This document shows positions 12,165 through 25,351 of a stretch of 64,000 nt of DNA, piece by piece. Source of the stretch: Hypanus sabinus (taxonomy: Eukaryota). The DNA lies in assembly GCF_030144855.1 (NCBI RefSeq), contig NC_082706.1, forward strand, positions 17,298,001 through 17,362,000, written 5' to 3'. The first letter of the stretch is position 1; the number at the start of each line of letters is the position of its first letter. The translations under genes were made by a program, and so were the position numbers. The notes below the pieces were generated by a model. It saw nothing but the letters and a program-made list of their open reading frames with translations, made no database searches and was not told the origin of the DNA.

Positions 12165-13080
12165 TTGGTGAGTATTTGGAGTATTGTGTGCAGTTCTGGT
12201 CATTATACTCCAAATCAGGAACAATATAAGTAAGATAGAGCACAGAGGAAATGTGCAAAGATGTTGTAGGGACTTAAGGACCTGAACAGTAAGAAAAGGT
12301 TGAACAGGCTAGGACTTTATTCCCTGGAGTGTAGGAGAATGAGTAAAGATTTGATTGAGCTGGAGTTCCCAACATGGGGTCCATGGGCCCTTTGCTTAAT
12401 GGTATTGGTCCAGTGAATAAAAAAGATTGGGAACCCCTGTGATATAAAATTATGAGGGGTATAGGTCGGGTACATACAAGAAGGCCTTTTCTATCCACTG
12501 AGATTGAGTGAGACTAGAACAGGATGAAAGGTGAAATATTTAAGGGAGACCTGCGGGGGAATTCCTTCACTTCGTGATGGATTGCAGTTTATTTTCAATA
12601 TTTAGGGGAAATTTGGATAAGAACATGGATGGAAGGGGTATGGAGGGCTGTGGTCCAGGTGCAGATTAATATTTCTGCATGGACTAGATGGGTCACAGGG
12701 TCTGTTTCTATGCTGCAGTCCTCCAAGACTTTTTGACTTGCCTATCCATCATCCATGTCTTTCCTTTTCCCCACATGTTCATGTGCCTGTTCAAATGCCT
12801 CTTCAACATCAGTTTGGTGTCTGCTTCCATTGATAACACATTCCCCTTATAACACATTCCAGACACCTACCACACTCTGTAGAGAAAACTGTCCTGCACA
12901 TCTGCTTTAAGCCTTTCCTTTAAAGCTATGCCTTCTGGTATTTGCAATTTCTGCCCCGGAGAAAAGACTGGCTATCTACCCTACCCATTCCTCTCAATTT
13001 TATAAACTTCTATCATGTCACCCCTCAGCCTCCATTGCTCCAGAGAAAACAACCCGATTTAATCTAACCTCTCCCTGTAC
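12165..13080. mobile_element. Two degenerate CR1 3' fragments (plus 12165-12735, minus 12740-13080)
   Basis: LEYCVQFWS motif and CR1 tail on plus; the reverse of the same region follows. Confidence 0.7.
12360..12439 (+). mobile_element. Tiny hAT-type MITE inserted in CR1
   Basis: gttcccaac...ttgggaacccctg TIRs; same family as 14478. Confidence 0.7.
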
Positions 13081-14477
13081 GTTATCAAAGCCACAAACCT
13101 TTCTAGAACACTATTTATGTCTTACAATAAAGGATGGAAATTTTTTGAAGTGCTTGTGCTTTTTCACTTTGCTCACCTTTACTTAGTTTTTAAACCTCAA
13201 ACTTCTTGGGCCCTTAGCTCCCAGTGGAGCCCAGGCCATCGATGTCCTTCTGGCTCCATCGTGCTCTGTTTTGAGCCCGTTTCTCCAGGGTGGACCGGGA
13301 GTGTCTCCATTGTCATGTGCTCACTCGATGATGAGCCTCTACTTACAAAGTTGGTGGTATGGTTGGAGTTCATCAATGTTTCTGTAATCCATTGTATTCA
13401 CTGTACAGGGAATTGGCCTACACATCTTCACCAGAGCCCTGTTGGCTGGCCTTACCAATTCCCACCTCTCACAACAGGGATGTAGGATTGGCCTTTGGGA
13501 GGCTTTTAAACCTCAATATCTGGTGGCTATCTTTTCATGTGTTGGGAATCAAAGTTTAGAGGCACAAATGATGGTCAGAAATTCAAAATGATTTCTCAAA
13601 TCCGGAGCTGGAAATGATCATTAACTCTCAGTCAGTCAGGATCTTGCCAACTGAAAATATATTTCACAAGAGCCAAGGGAAAAATACAATGCCAAGAAAT
13701 ACTGTAGGTGCCTGCACAGCTTAATACTAACTCAGAAGGTTCCAAAATATTCTGCAGTCGCTGAAATGGTTTTGAATTATAGGCACCGTGGTACCATCAA
13801 GTCTAAGTACTGTAGGTTAGCATTGTGGTTATGTTAACTGCAGTTGTAACCATGGTGAAGACATGAGTTCAAATCCAGCCATAGAACCTGGGGAATTTAA
13901 ACACAAGGAATTAAGTAAGGCTTGAATTAGAAATTTCCATCAGTGCTGATGACAGAATAATAAAAAAGTTGTTGATAAATCCATCTGGTGGCCTAACGTC
14001 CTCCAGGAATGAAATCGGGCTTCTCCACCCGTGACACAGGGTGCTCCAATGTGCTAGAGTCTCAGCTGCTCTCGTCTCACTAGCCAGATGCTAATAAGCC
14101 AATTAAGGTTGCGGAATAAATGTTGCAGGTGATTGATGCACCGTTAGGTCACACCATTAGTGATGCAATAGGCTGGATCAATTTGGTGTGTTAATTCAGA
14201 ATGCTGTGTGAAATTTTACCCCCCCCCCCCCATCTCACCTGGAGAGGCAACTGCTACAACAGCACAACATCACACTACAGAACCAATCTACTTCTCAGCA
14301 GAGCCAGATTTGAACTAATGACCTTCGAGTTTCACTGAGCCATGGCTGAGTGCATTGTGATCAAGGATCAGTGGTGCTGTAGAGAGAAGTCTGTGATTAA
14401 GTCAGAGGCATGGACACAAAGATTTCGACAATGCATAAGTGGGCCCACAACGTTTGCCAGTTTTTGTGTCCATCTAC

Positions 14478-14557
14478 CAGAGGTTCCCAAACTGGGGTCC
14501 ATAGACCCATCAGTTAATGGTAGGGGTCCATGGCATAAAAAAAAGTTGGGTATCCCT
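14478..14557 (+). mobile_element. Tiny hAT-type MITE
   Basis: cagaggttcccaaac...gttgggtatccct; atctac is duplicated on both flanks. Confidence 0.75.
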
Positions 14558-15041
14558 TATCTACACTAATTCTGTTGGCCTGCTTTAGGACCATATCCTT
14601 CTTTGATTTTACTATTCACTTTGCAATCAAAACGACGCTTAAGTGTACTGATTTTATCTGAGTCCACAACCTCCTCTGATAACCACTTCCGGATATCAAT
14701 CAATGTACTCAAGACCCTGATTTTTGAAGGTCAATGTGCCATAAAACTCACTTTATGACCTTTGCTAGTGTAGTTTTGCATCAGTCCAATATTTTCATGT
14801 TCTTTGTTACTGAGACGACTTTTAGGTCCAGATTTACTTAAATATCTTCATATTAATTTTCCAGGTGACTTGCCAGGATTTGAGATGATGGAACAAGGTA
14901 GGCTTTGAACTTATGTTTCAGAGTTCTGGTTTCTGATCCATTAAGTTAACCATGATAGAGAAAAAGCATTAATCAACACATCGTCATTATGTGCCGTGTT
15001 GTATGACGTAGGTAATCATGATTGCATGACCATGATTGTTA

Positions 15042-17228
15042 GACATAGAAACATAGAAAACCTACAACGCAATACACACCCTTTAGTCCACAATGCTGTG
15101 CTGAACATGTACTTACTTTAGAAATTATCAAGGGTTACCCACAGCCCTCTATTTTGCTAAGCTCCATGTACCTATCCAGGATGCTCTTAATAGGCTCTAT
15201 CGTATCCGACTCCACCACCGTCGCTGGCACCTCATTCCACACACTCACCACTCTCTGCATAAAAAAAAAACTTACCCCTGATATCTTCTCTGTACCTGCT
15301 TCCAAGCACTTAAAACTGTGTGCTCTTGTGTTAGCCATTTCGGCCCCGGGGAAAAAGCCTCTGACTATCCACATGATCAATGCCTCTTATCATCTTGTAC
15401 ACCTCAATCAGGTCACCTCTCATCCTCCATCACTCCAAGGAGGGAAGGCCAACTTCACTCAACCTGTTCTCATAAGGCATGTTCCCCAATCCAGGCAACA
15501 TCCTTGTAAATCTCCTTTGCATCCTTTCTTTGGTTTCCACATCCTTCCTATAATGAGGCGACCAGAACTGAGAACAGTACTCCAAGTGGGATCTGACCAT
15601 GGTTCTATACAGCTGCAACATTACCTCTCAGCTCTTAAACTCAGTCCCACGTATGTCTTCTTAGCCACAGAGTCAACCTGCGCAGCTGCTTTGAGTGTCC
15701 TATGGACTCGGACCCCAAGATCCCTCTGATACACTGCCAAGAGTCTTACCATTAATACTATATTCTGCCATCATATTTGACCTACCAAAATGAACCACCT
15801 CACACTTATCTGGGTTGGACTCCATTTGCCTTTTCTCAGCCCATTTTTGCATCCTATCAATGTACTGTTGTAAACTCTGACAGCCCTCCACACTATGCAC
15901 AACACCCCCAACCTTTGTGTCATCAGCAAATTTACTAACCCATCCCTCCACTTCCTCATCCAGGTCATTTATAAAAATCACAAAGAGAAGGGGTCCCAGA
16001 ACAGATCCCTGAGGCACACTATTGGTCACCAACTTCCATGCAATATGACCTGTCTACAACCACTCTTTGCCTTCTATGGGCAAGCCAGTTCTGCATCCAC
16101 AAAGCAAAGTCCACTTGGATCCCATGCTTATTTACTTTCTTAATAAGCCTTGCATGGGATACCTCATCAAATGACTTGCTGAAATCCATATACACTATAT
16201 CTACTGCACTGCTCTACCTTCATCAGCATGTTTAGTCACATCCTCAAAACTTTCAATCAGACTCCTAAGGCATGAACTGCATTTGACAAAGCCATGCTGA
16301 CTATTCCTAATCACATTATGCTACTCCAAATGTTGATAAGTCCTGCCTCTCAGGATCTTTTCCATCAACTTACCAACTACTGAAGTAGTTGGTAAGACTC
16401 ACAGATCTATAATCTCCTGGGCCATTGCTACTCCCTTTCTTGAATAAGGGAACAACATCGGCAACTGTCCAATCCTCCAGAGCCTCTCTCTACCCATTGA
16501 TGATGCCAAGATCATTGCCAGAGGCTCAGCAATCTCCTCCCTCAACTCCCACAGTAGCCTGGGGTACATCTCAACTGGTCCTGGAGACTTATCCAACTTG
16601 ATGCTTTCCAAAAGCTACAGTACATTCTCTTTCTTAATATCTATATGCTCAAGCTTTTCAATCCACTATAAGTCATCCCTACAATCACCAAGATCCTTTT
16701 CTGTAGTAAATACAAAGTATTTATAAATACAAAGCAAAGTATTCATTAATTACCACTGCTATCTCCTCCGGTTCCATACACACTTTCCCACTGTCACACT
16801 TGATTGGTCTTATTCTCTCATGTCTTATCCTCTTCCCCTTCACATACTTGTAGAATGCCTTGGGGTTTTCTTTAATCCTGTTCACCAAGGTCTTCTCATG
16901 GCCCCTTCTGGCTCTCCTAATTTCATTCTTAAGGTCCTTCCTGCTAGCCTAATAATCTTCTCAATCTCTATCATTACCCAGTTTTTTTGAACCTTTTGTA
17001 AGCTTTTCTTTTCTTCTTGACCAAATTTTCAACAGCTTTCGTACACCATGGTTCCTGTACCCTAACATTCTTTCCCTGTCTCATTGGAATGTACCTATGC
17101 AGAACGTCACACAAATATCCCATGTACACATTCCACATATCTGCCATACATTTCCCTGAGAACATCTGTTCTCAATTTATGCTTCCAAGTTCCTGCCTGA
17201 TAGCTTCACAATTCCCCTTACTCCAGTT
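15042..17228 (-). mobile_element. 5'-truncated CR1 LINE (~2.2 kb), broken ORF2 RT
   Basis: KSPGP, VPQGSVLGPLLF, SKFADDTK, LEYCSQFWSP motifs; (catagaa)n tail. Confidence 0.95.
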
Positions 17229-17244
17229 AAAATTTCTTGGGAGA

Positions 17245-17525
17245 TGTTTCTAGAGGAGTGGTTTCCCATTGCTTTCTTCTGAGCAGTGTCTTTACAAACC
17301 TCCAGCCATTATCAATACTCTTCAGAGATTGTCTGCCTGGTGTTGGAGGTTGCATAACCAGGACTTGTGATATATACCAGTTGCTCATATGACTATCTAC
17401 CTCCTGTTCCCATAGCTTCATGTGACCTTGATCAGGGTTCTAAGTAGATGCTACACCTTGACCAAGGGTGACCCAAAGAGGGGAGGAGCACCTTACGCCT
17501 CCTTTGGTCGAGACATGTCTCTACC
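17245..17525 (-). mobile_element. RTE-related SINE
   Basis: Reverse homolog of 26787-27105. Confidence 0.7.
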
Positions 17526-18269
17526 CCACCACTTGTATCAGCACCACAAGCCTGATAGTGCAAACAGTAGTCTTTAGTTTCTTAGTTTTCCTCTTCTGTT
17601 TCTCCAGTTTCCTTTGCCTTCATGCTTCTGTTCACTAGGACTTAGCTCATGTTGGAAATGGGAACAAAAAACTATCATGGAACGACGGAGTAAGACTCTC
17701 AATCAGGGCTGTAGCCAAGTCGAGGAAGCTCCAAACCCCAGCTCAGAGCTGCTATTTCTGCAAGAGTCCTTCATTCCCCAGTATTTACCAAAGATCTCAC
17801 ACAAATAAGGCAAGTTATTATGTTTGATGAGTCTTTGCAGAACAGATGGCAATTTGGAATTAAATTCCGTTGAGGCTTCAGAAAGTAATTCTATCTATTT
17901 TCGGTGTGGCTGTGCCTGTGACTGACTGCCCAGATATACTCACACACATACTCAAACACAGTCATTGCAGATGTAATCTCCAACATAACTTAGAATTAGA
18001 CTTATACCTTACATTTCGTTGAGTCTAATCTGGAAGGTGTGCTCTTTAGTTAAGATGAGTTCTTCATGATTTAAGATGTTTCACTGCATCTGTTCTGGTA
18101 TTCAGAGAGGTGGACTGGTTTTTATCACACAGTGTAATGTTTCTGATATGTTGCAGTTCAGAATTGGTGGACACAGCGTGGTGCTGATAGGCTGTTTGAC
18201 TGTGAAGGCATCACAGCTGATCCACAGCAATCACTCACAGCGGCATAACTAGTTAGCAGAGCTGTTTAT

Positions 18270-18500
18270 TAAAGAAGTTTTACAACATGGAACAGTTCCT
18301 TGTGGCTCACTGAGCTACACTGCTCAGCAACCTACCGATTTAACCTTAGCCTAACTGCAGGACAATCTACAATGAACAATTAACCTAGAAATCAGTACAT
18401 CTTTGGACTATGGGAGGAAACCAGAGCACTCGAAGGAAACCCACATGCACTTGGGAAGGATGGACAATATTTTCTTACAGAGAATGCCAGAATTGAACTG
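18270..18500 (-). mobile_element. V-domain SINE
   Basis: tttggactatgggaggaaaccagagcactcgaaggaaaccca. Confidence 0.7.
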
Positions 18501-20514
18501 CAATGGCTTCCATCATTAAGGATTGTTGTTCTCACTGCAGGATTGGGAAGGAGGTACAGAAGCCTGAAGGCACACTCTCAGCAATTCAGGAACAGCTTCT
18601 TCCCCTCTACCATCCGATTTCTGAATGGACATTGAACCCATGAACGGTACCTCATTAACTTTTTATTTATTTTTATTTTTGCACTACTCATTTAACAATA
18701 AAGCTAATCTGTAAAACATACTCTTTAAACCTTTGGTTACATTTTCCCTAGAAAGAAGAGCTATAGCACTGAACCATAATCCAAGCATTGAGCAGCACGT
18801 CTACAACCTCATATTGAAAAATGAGCCCAGTAAGTGTGATGTGGATGATATACTTTCTGCCAGAAGAGAAATTTGGCCTTGTTAGCCAGGATTAGTTAGG
18901 TGCGAGAGTATTGGGCATTGGTTACATTCACACTTCACCCATTGATTCCACTGACATCGATAGAGCCTGTGTTAGGAGGTGGGTATACACTATAGGTGTC
19001 ATAGGTGTCATGACTGAGTGCCAAATTCTCTGGATCTTTAATGAATAACTGATTGTATTCTATCATGGAATCAACACAGGAGAGGCCAATTAGCTCATCA
19101 CACTTGTACTGGCTCTTAGGTAGAGTTTTCCAATTAATTCCGCAGCTCCACTCCTAAGTTGGGTCTGTCTAATTCTTTTCAATACAAGCAGTTACTGAGT
19201 TCTGTGGGAGTTACACTCCAGAGAACTATCCGTCGGCCAATTTCTCCATTAGGCATATTCTAGTTACCAATGTCATATTGCTCTGTATAAGCTTGCTAAA
19301 AATCTTGCTTTGAGAACGAAACATGTGTTACGCCTTGTCCAAGTGTGACCTGCAGGCCAGCAGAAGGAAAGAGTGGCTTACACCTCCTCTGGTAGAGACA
19401 TATCTCCACTCCATCATGCCAACTTACCCCAGCACGACCCATAATTAAGTAATTGAATATTAATTAAGTAATTAATGGATATCTTATTACTAAAAGAGCC
19501 ATGGAGTTATACAGCTTGGAAAGAGGTCCTTCAAATCAACTTGTCCATGACAACCAAGATATCCACTGGAGCTAGTCACATTTAGGTCCATATCTCTGTA
19601 AGCCTGTTCTATCCATGTACCTATCCATTATTACTATCACTGTTGCTATCATGAGAAATGCTTTAGTTCAAAGTTCAATGAAAAGTTTATTATCAAAGTA
19701 GACATGTGTGTGTCAACATATGCAACCTAAGGTTCATTTTCTTGTGGGTATACCCATCAAATCTATAGAATATGAATGTTAACAGGATCGATGAAAAATC
19801 ACTCAACTCGGACATTTAACCAGAGGGCAGATGACAACAAATAGTGCAAATGCAAAAATAAGTAAATAGCAATAAATAATGAGAACACGAGGTGAAGAGT
19901 CCTTGAAAGTTATTCCATTGGTTGTGGGAACATTTCAATGATGGAGCAAGTAAAGCTGAGAATTTTAAAATGTATTTGAGAATTTGCATAAATTGATTTC
20001 CGTAAGGCCTCTTGTCTATAATCTGAAGACCCTCAGTATTTTAATTGAATCTGACTTTATTGGCCTGTTAGGTTGCACATCCTAGTGCAAAACTACCAAC
20101 TGTGCAACAAAACCTACCCTAGGATTCTTTCGCCAATTACTTTAAAACCTGTGCCCACTTGGCAATGACTCTTTTACCAATAGAAACAGTTTTCTTCTTT
20201 CATCCTTAGTTAAGCCTTTCCCATTAATCATCACATCTTTTAATTTTTCACTGAGATTTCCACATTCCAAGAATTGTTGCAGCTTCTTCCATTTCTTCAG
20301 AAAACCAAGTCCCTAGTTCCTAGTACATTTCCTTCAGACTGCCTTCATGACATCTTGTAGAGCCCAAAGCATTTACTACTGTTGGCTCAAAGGTCCAGTA
20401 AACTATGTTTAAATTGACATTGATGCAGGCTGAGTCGAATTTGCTTGTGACTTTGTGAACTGCCCTGATATTCTCCTAAAATCCACTGATGACCAGGTTG
20501 GTTAATGAACTTAA

Positions 20515-21118
20515 GTCTTGTTGGCACCCGTCTGTCTCAAACGGTAATGTGTGATTATCACCATCATCACAAGACTGGGCAGAAGGTGTGGGGATCCTGA
20601 GATGCCCAGTCATCAAGATCCCCCTCTCAGCCTCACCAGTGTAGTCTAAAGGAAAGCTTATGAAGCAATACGTTTGGCACCAGCTTGACTGCAGAAGCTG
20701 CCAGAAGGATGTTCAGTGATGTCAAGCCGCCTCAAGGGCTCCACTCTAGATTTGCTGACTGGGTTTACTCCCATAGCCTTCATCTCTCCCGAGGTGCCCA
20801 CAAGACTGCTGGGCTATTTATTCATAGCTGGGGATTTGGTTCACGAGCACCAGGGCATGCCCACAAGCTGGCGTGCAATGTGTGCAGGGACCAGAGCTAA
20901 CTCCCTATTCTCTGTAGTTCAGCCTGAGTATGAAAGGAGTTCAGTTTTCGTGTGTCGCCAGCGAGGAGCCACTACATGAGGCTTGCCGTTGGAGAGGACA
21001 TGTACTGGCAGGGAGAGATTTACTCATTCAGCTCTTTTTGCAAGACTGCTAGCCAGCGAAGGAGGTTGAAAGTGAGAGCGACAAGCTCCACCCACCACTA
21101 CCACACTGGATGCGTCAC
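20515..21118 (-). mobile_element. Probable RTE-clade non-autonomous derivative
   Basis: Minus strand has an RTE-like 5' UTR (gaaggctatgggagtaaaccc...ggagccc...aagctggtgccaaacg) and an RTE-like end (gagacagacgggtgccaac). Recognised from memory of RTE families. Confidence 0.45.
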
Positions 21119-22475
21119 AAAAACTACTTTGACACCAAGTATAGATAAATGTAAAATGACAAAAGGGAAAATAATGGACGTCTGATAAGTCCCAGAGCTA
21201 CAGAGAATTAAGGAGTGGGGTCTGAGTCCAATGAGTGTACTCTGTTTGGAATTGTAAGGACACTGTGAACTGAATGGCTTACATCCATGTTGTAATAAAT
21301 AGGTTGGATGGATGATATGATACTTCGCATAATCCAGAGTACATTATCAAACTATGTATACATCATACAACCTCGAGATTCATCCCCTACACGCAGCCAC
21401 AGAACTAGAAACCAATAAAAAAATGACAATCATCCAATACGCAGAGAGAGATTAAAAAAAAAACAAATTGTGCAAACAATAAAAGTAAGCAAATTGCACT
21501 TAGAACGAAAGTGAGTCCTCAGACACGAAGCCCGGAGCAGGCCCACAGCCTCGGCCTCGGTTCAGCTTATAGCTGTGGAACCCGCAGACACAATGATGCT
21601 TGGTCAGACCCAGCTCGATCCGTACACTATCCAAAAGAACGTGCAGCAAAGAATTAAAGGTGACTTGCAGAAAGTTTTCGCCCACTCCCACCGAAGCGGA
21701 GAGATTAAAAATGCAAATACTAACAATGTACACAGCTTAGCCTGCTCAGTTATTCACTCTTCCCATCTGGTAAGCACGGAAATTTATTTGCAGTGAATTC
21801 TTCAAAGCTTCACTAAGATGTATAAAAGAGAGGGGATTCTAGTCCTGGTAGAGGTGTCATCAATGAAACTTCCAGACTTAAAACCACACTGTCCTTGACC
21901 CATTTTATCATGTGCCTCCAAGTACCCTAAAACTTCATAATAATGGACTATAACATTTTGCTAACCATTGATATGAGGCCCACTGGCTTTTTATTCCCTG
22001 TCTTTTGCCTTCCTCGCTTCTTCATGAGTGGGGTGACTCATACTCATCGATTCGCTAATTTAATATCCACACTGTCTTCCTTATTTATTCATTGTGACTT
22101 AGGGCTGTCTGTGGTTAGCTGCAACGCAGTGCCAAATTCTGAATGTGCAATATTTTATTTTATTCACTGCATGTAAACATTGTCAGCAAGACTAGAATTT
22201 TATTATCCATCCTTCTCTGAAGTGTGGTGGTTGTCAGGGGCAAAGCAGGTTGATGGAACTGGAATCACATGTAGGCCAGGCAGGATAAAGATGTAGATAT
22301 CTTCCCTTAATGCATGATAGTTAATTATATCTACTCCACAATGATCTATTAGTCTCATTGCTATCTACACTGAGCCTAGCTTTGTTTCAAGACTTCATAA
22401 GTTGAACATAGAACAGTACAGGCCCTTTGGCCCATGATTTGTGCCAAGCTTTTAACCCACTCCTCCAAGAGGACC

Positions 22476-22810
22476 ACAACCTTACTGTGGTTTGGAAGCT
22501 CGCATGCTGCAGTGCCCTGGAGAGCTGTGCTGACTGGAGTCAGGGCTTTATGCTTTGGCTGTTGGTAGGGTCACCCATGTAAAATAGGTCAAAAGGGAGA
22601 GGCCAGACTAGTAGTCCACTAGCCCTCCAGGTTTGGGGGTTCAGCTCAGGGCCAACAACCCTGACTGGTAAAACAAAATTGTTATGGAAAAAGCAAATGA
22701 GGAATCCTTCTGCATCTGAGTGTGACAGTATCCAGAGTCTCCATCCGGGACTTGCAAGACTGACAGGTGAAATCCAAGTGGAAGTGACTGACATGATGAA
22801 GGAAGCCCAG
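22476..22810 (+). mobile_element. RTE-head non-autonomous element
   Basis: Head acctt.ctgtgg...gagctgtgc...ggtagggtcacccatg...aggtc...ggccagac, as in RTE/Expander/BovB 5' ends. Confidence 0.65.
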
Positions 22811-22960
22811 TGGTGTAATGGGCAGTAAATAAGTAAGGTCAATCTAACCTTCATTTTTCTTTCATTCATGTGCTAGCTTAAATTTCTATTCTGCAGGTAC
22901 TTTGGTAGGTTTCAAATTCATGATCCTAATTGAAAACTCTTCCGATAACTTTACTACCAG

Positions 22961-23090
22961 GCCGATGAAGGGTCTCAGCCCAAAACGTTGACTGCTTATT
23001 CCTGTCCATAGATGCTGTCTACCTGTTGAGTGCCTCCAGCATTGTGCACGTTGCTTTGGCTTTCCAGCATCTGCAGAATTTCTCATGCTT
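22961..23090 (+). mobile_element. Penelope-like 3' terminal repeat with degenerate hammerhead-like motif
   Basis: ccgatgaagggtctcagcccaaaacgttgactg followed by the family tail. Confidence 0.75.
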
Positions 23091-23097
23091 GTGTTAC

Positions 23098-23510
23098 TAC
23101 AACCATACAACAATTACAGCACAGAAACGGGCCACCTCAGCCCTTCTAGTCTGTGCTGAACACTTATTCTCACCTAGTCCCACTGACCTGTACTCAGCCC
23201 ATAACCCTCCATTCCACTCCTGTCCCTATACCCATTTTGTTTTTAAAAAATGACAATATCAAACCTGCCTCTACCACTTCTACTGGAAGCTCCTTCCACA
23301 CAGCTACCAGCCTGAGTAAAGAAATTCTCCCTCATGTTACCCCTAAACTTTTGCCTCCTCTCAACTCATGTCTTCTTGTTTGAATCTCCGCTACTCTCAA
23401 TGAAAAAAGCCTATCCACATCATCTATCCCCCTCATAATTTTAAATACCTCTATTAAGTCCCCCTCAACCTTCTACACTCTAAAGAATAAAGACCTAATT
23501 TGTTCAACCT
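23098..23510 (-). mobile_element. CR1 3' end
   Basis: Reverse of the CR1 C-terminus (ttctttagagtgtagaaggttgaggggg) and tail. Confidence 0.85.
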
Positions 23511-23544
23511 ACTACTAGGGTACTGTGCAATATTGCAATATATA

Positions 23545-24442
23545 TTAAACACTCTAGTTTCCTTGGCTACATAAGTCTAGGAAGGACAATCTTCAGGCCC
23601 ACCAAATGTATCAGATTGAGGCATGAGCCCCCCTCACCCCTAAAACCCCTGTTTATGTGCAAGCTGCATAATTCACTACACTGTTACAAATTAATGCCAC
23701 AAAGTAACAGACATTACACTGTGTACAATTAAATGAGTTATACTTATGAATCTTAACTGTAGTGCTAGTAAAGAATAACAAATAAGAAAAGGGCCTATTC
23801 TAATTAAACAGTCAAATCTGCACAAGTTGGAGCTCATGTTGAGCTTCTCTGTCACTCACACACTGGGACCTCAGTCAGCATGAAAGTACACACCACCTTC
23901 TGAACATTGTTCACAATCCATCTCAAACAAACAAGTCTCCCGTCAGTTCATATGCTGCAACCAGTTCTCCCCAGCATCATCTCTCTTCATCTCCTCTTGA
24001 AGAGAAGTGTTGTAAGGACATGGCTGTGGAAGCAAACACACATGCAGAACACAGGCATGGAGGCAGAGTCAGGAGGCATTATTAAGGTAGCAAGCATGGA
24101 TTCCAGGAGCAGTGCTTGACCTGGAACTGGTAGTCCTAAGAACCATGAAACGAGGTTACTCACACCAGAGTTGACCAACAAACTGGCAGCTTCTTGTTGT
24201 GATCACAGGGTTCTTATACTGCATTTGCTGATGGAAAGCAGGTGTTTGTAGTTAGTGGAACCTGGGAATGATTGAAACTAAACGAGGTGATTGAGGCCCA
24301 ATTACTGAGATAAATAGCCAAGTGGGCGATAGCCAGAAGGGACCATGACAAGAAGCCCAAGACCAACTTTATTGTCCCTCATTAAAAAAGACCTCCCACT
24401 AACTGAATGGCACACATTCCACATCATCCCTTATCTTCAACA
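23545..24442 (-). mobile_element. Degenerate LTR related to 812-1408, hosting a nested LTR
   Basis: aaaagggcc...ttaaacagtc...tgcacaagttggagctc is the reverse of 1142-1195. Confidence 0.55.
24008..24350 (-). mobile_element. Solo LTR family B
   Basis: TG...CA ends, TSD AGAAG (24003-24007 and 24351-24355), reverse homolog of 38585-38961. Confidence 0.85.
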
Positions 24443-24458
24443 CTTTTCCGTGAATTTT

Positions 24459-24863
24459 CACCTTGTCGTGGTGGAGAAGCTTGTGTGGTCCTGAGATCCT
24501 GAGAGCGATGCTGTCTGGAGATATGCTCCTGGTAGGGTCACCCATGGCGGTAAGGTTGAGGGTGAGGTCCCTGACAAAGAACAATCCAGCCAAGACATCA
24601 ACGGTAGAACAGGCAGATGAAGTTACTTCAAACTCAACAGCTGTGAAGGCGGATGAAGGCTGCAACAAATCCATCAGCTCCAGTCGTCATGGCTTCCATG
24701 CCACAGGGATCAGTTGGTTGATTTGTAAAGTATCATGTGCTTCTTGGAGTGCAGCATCATGTACATGTTAAACAAATACATGCACAGGTGTCTTCGCTCT
24801 GAGACAGATCAACTGAATGAAGACCATCATGCTTGACCTGGAGGGATAGCCACGATGATGATC
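24459..24863 (+). mobile_element. RTE-head SINE-like element with (gat)n tail
   Basis: caccttgtcgtggtggag...ggtagggtcacccatggc head; ends cacgatgatgat. Confidence 0.65.
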
Positions 24864-25351
24864 TTCAACAATAACCCAAATGGGCTGAAAGCAGAACAGA
24901 TGGCTCTTATAGAGCTGCTGACTAAAATACCTACAGCATAACAGAAAAGATGTGAACCAGGGCATTATATATGACCATGCAAGGATACAAAGAAGCGTAT
25001 TGCTGTCAGTCTAAAGTCAACACAGAATATACTGGAAGTATTTGACAGGTTGGGCAGCATCTGTGAGAAATGGAATTGATATCTTGGGACAAGCAACTTC
25101 CATTTGAACTGAAAAAGTGGGAAAACCATCATGCTTTGTGTTGCAGAGAGGGACTGTGGTGGAGAGAGCAGAGAATGTTGCAGACAAAAGTAGACAAGTT
25201 ATATTAGTTTAAAAGTCAGCAGTTAGAAATAGAAGAAACAAAATCTAAGCAAATATATTCAACCATATCTGTGGAGAGGAAAATTGAAACATAAACAATG
25301 ACAAAAAATCAAAGGGAAAGAGAGAATGGCATAACTGGGTTTTTTTTGGAA

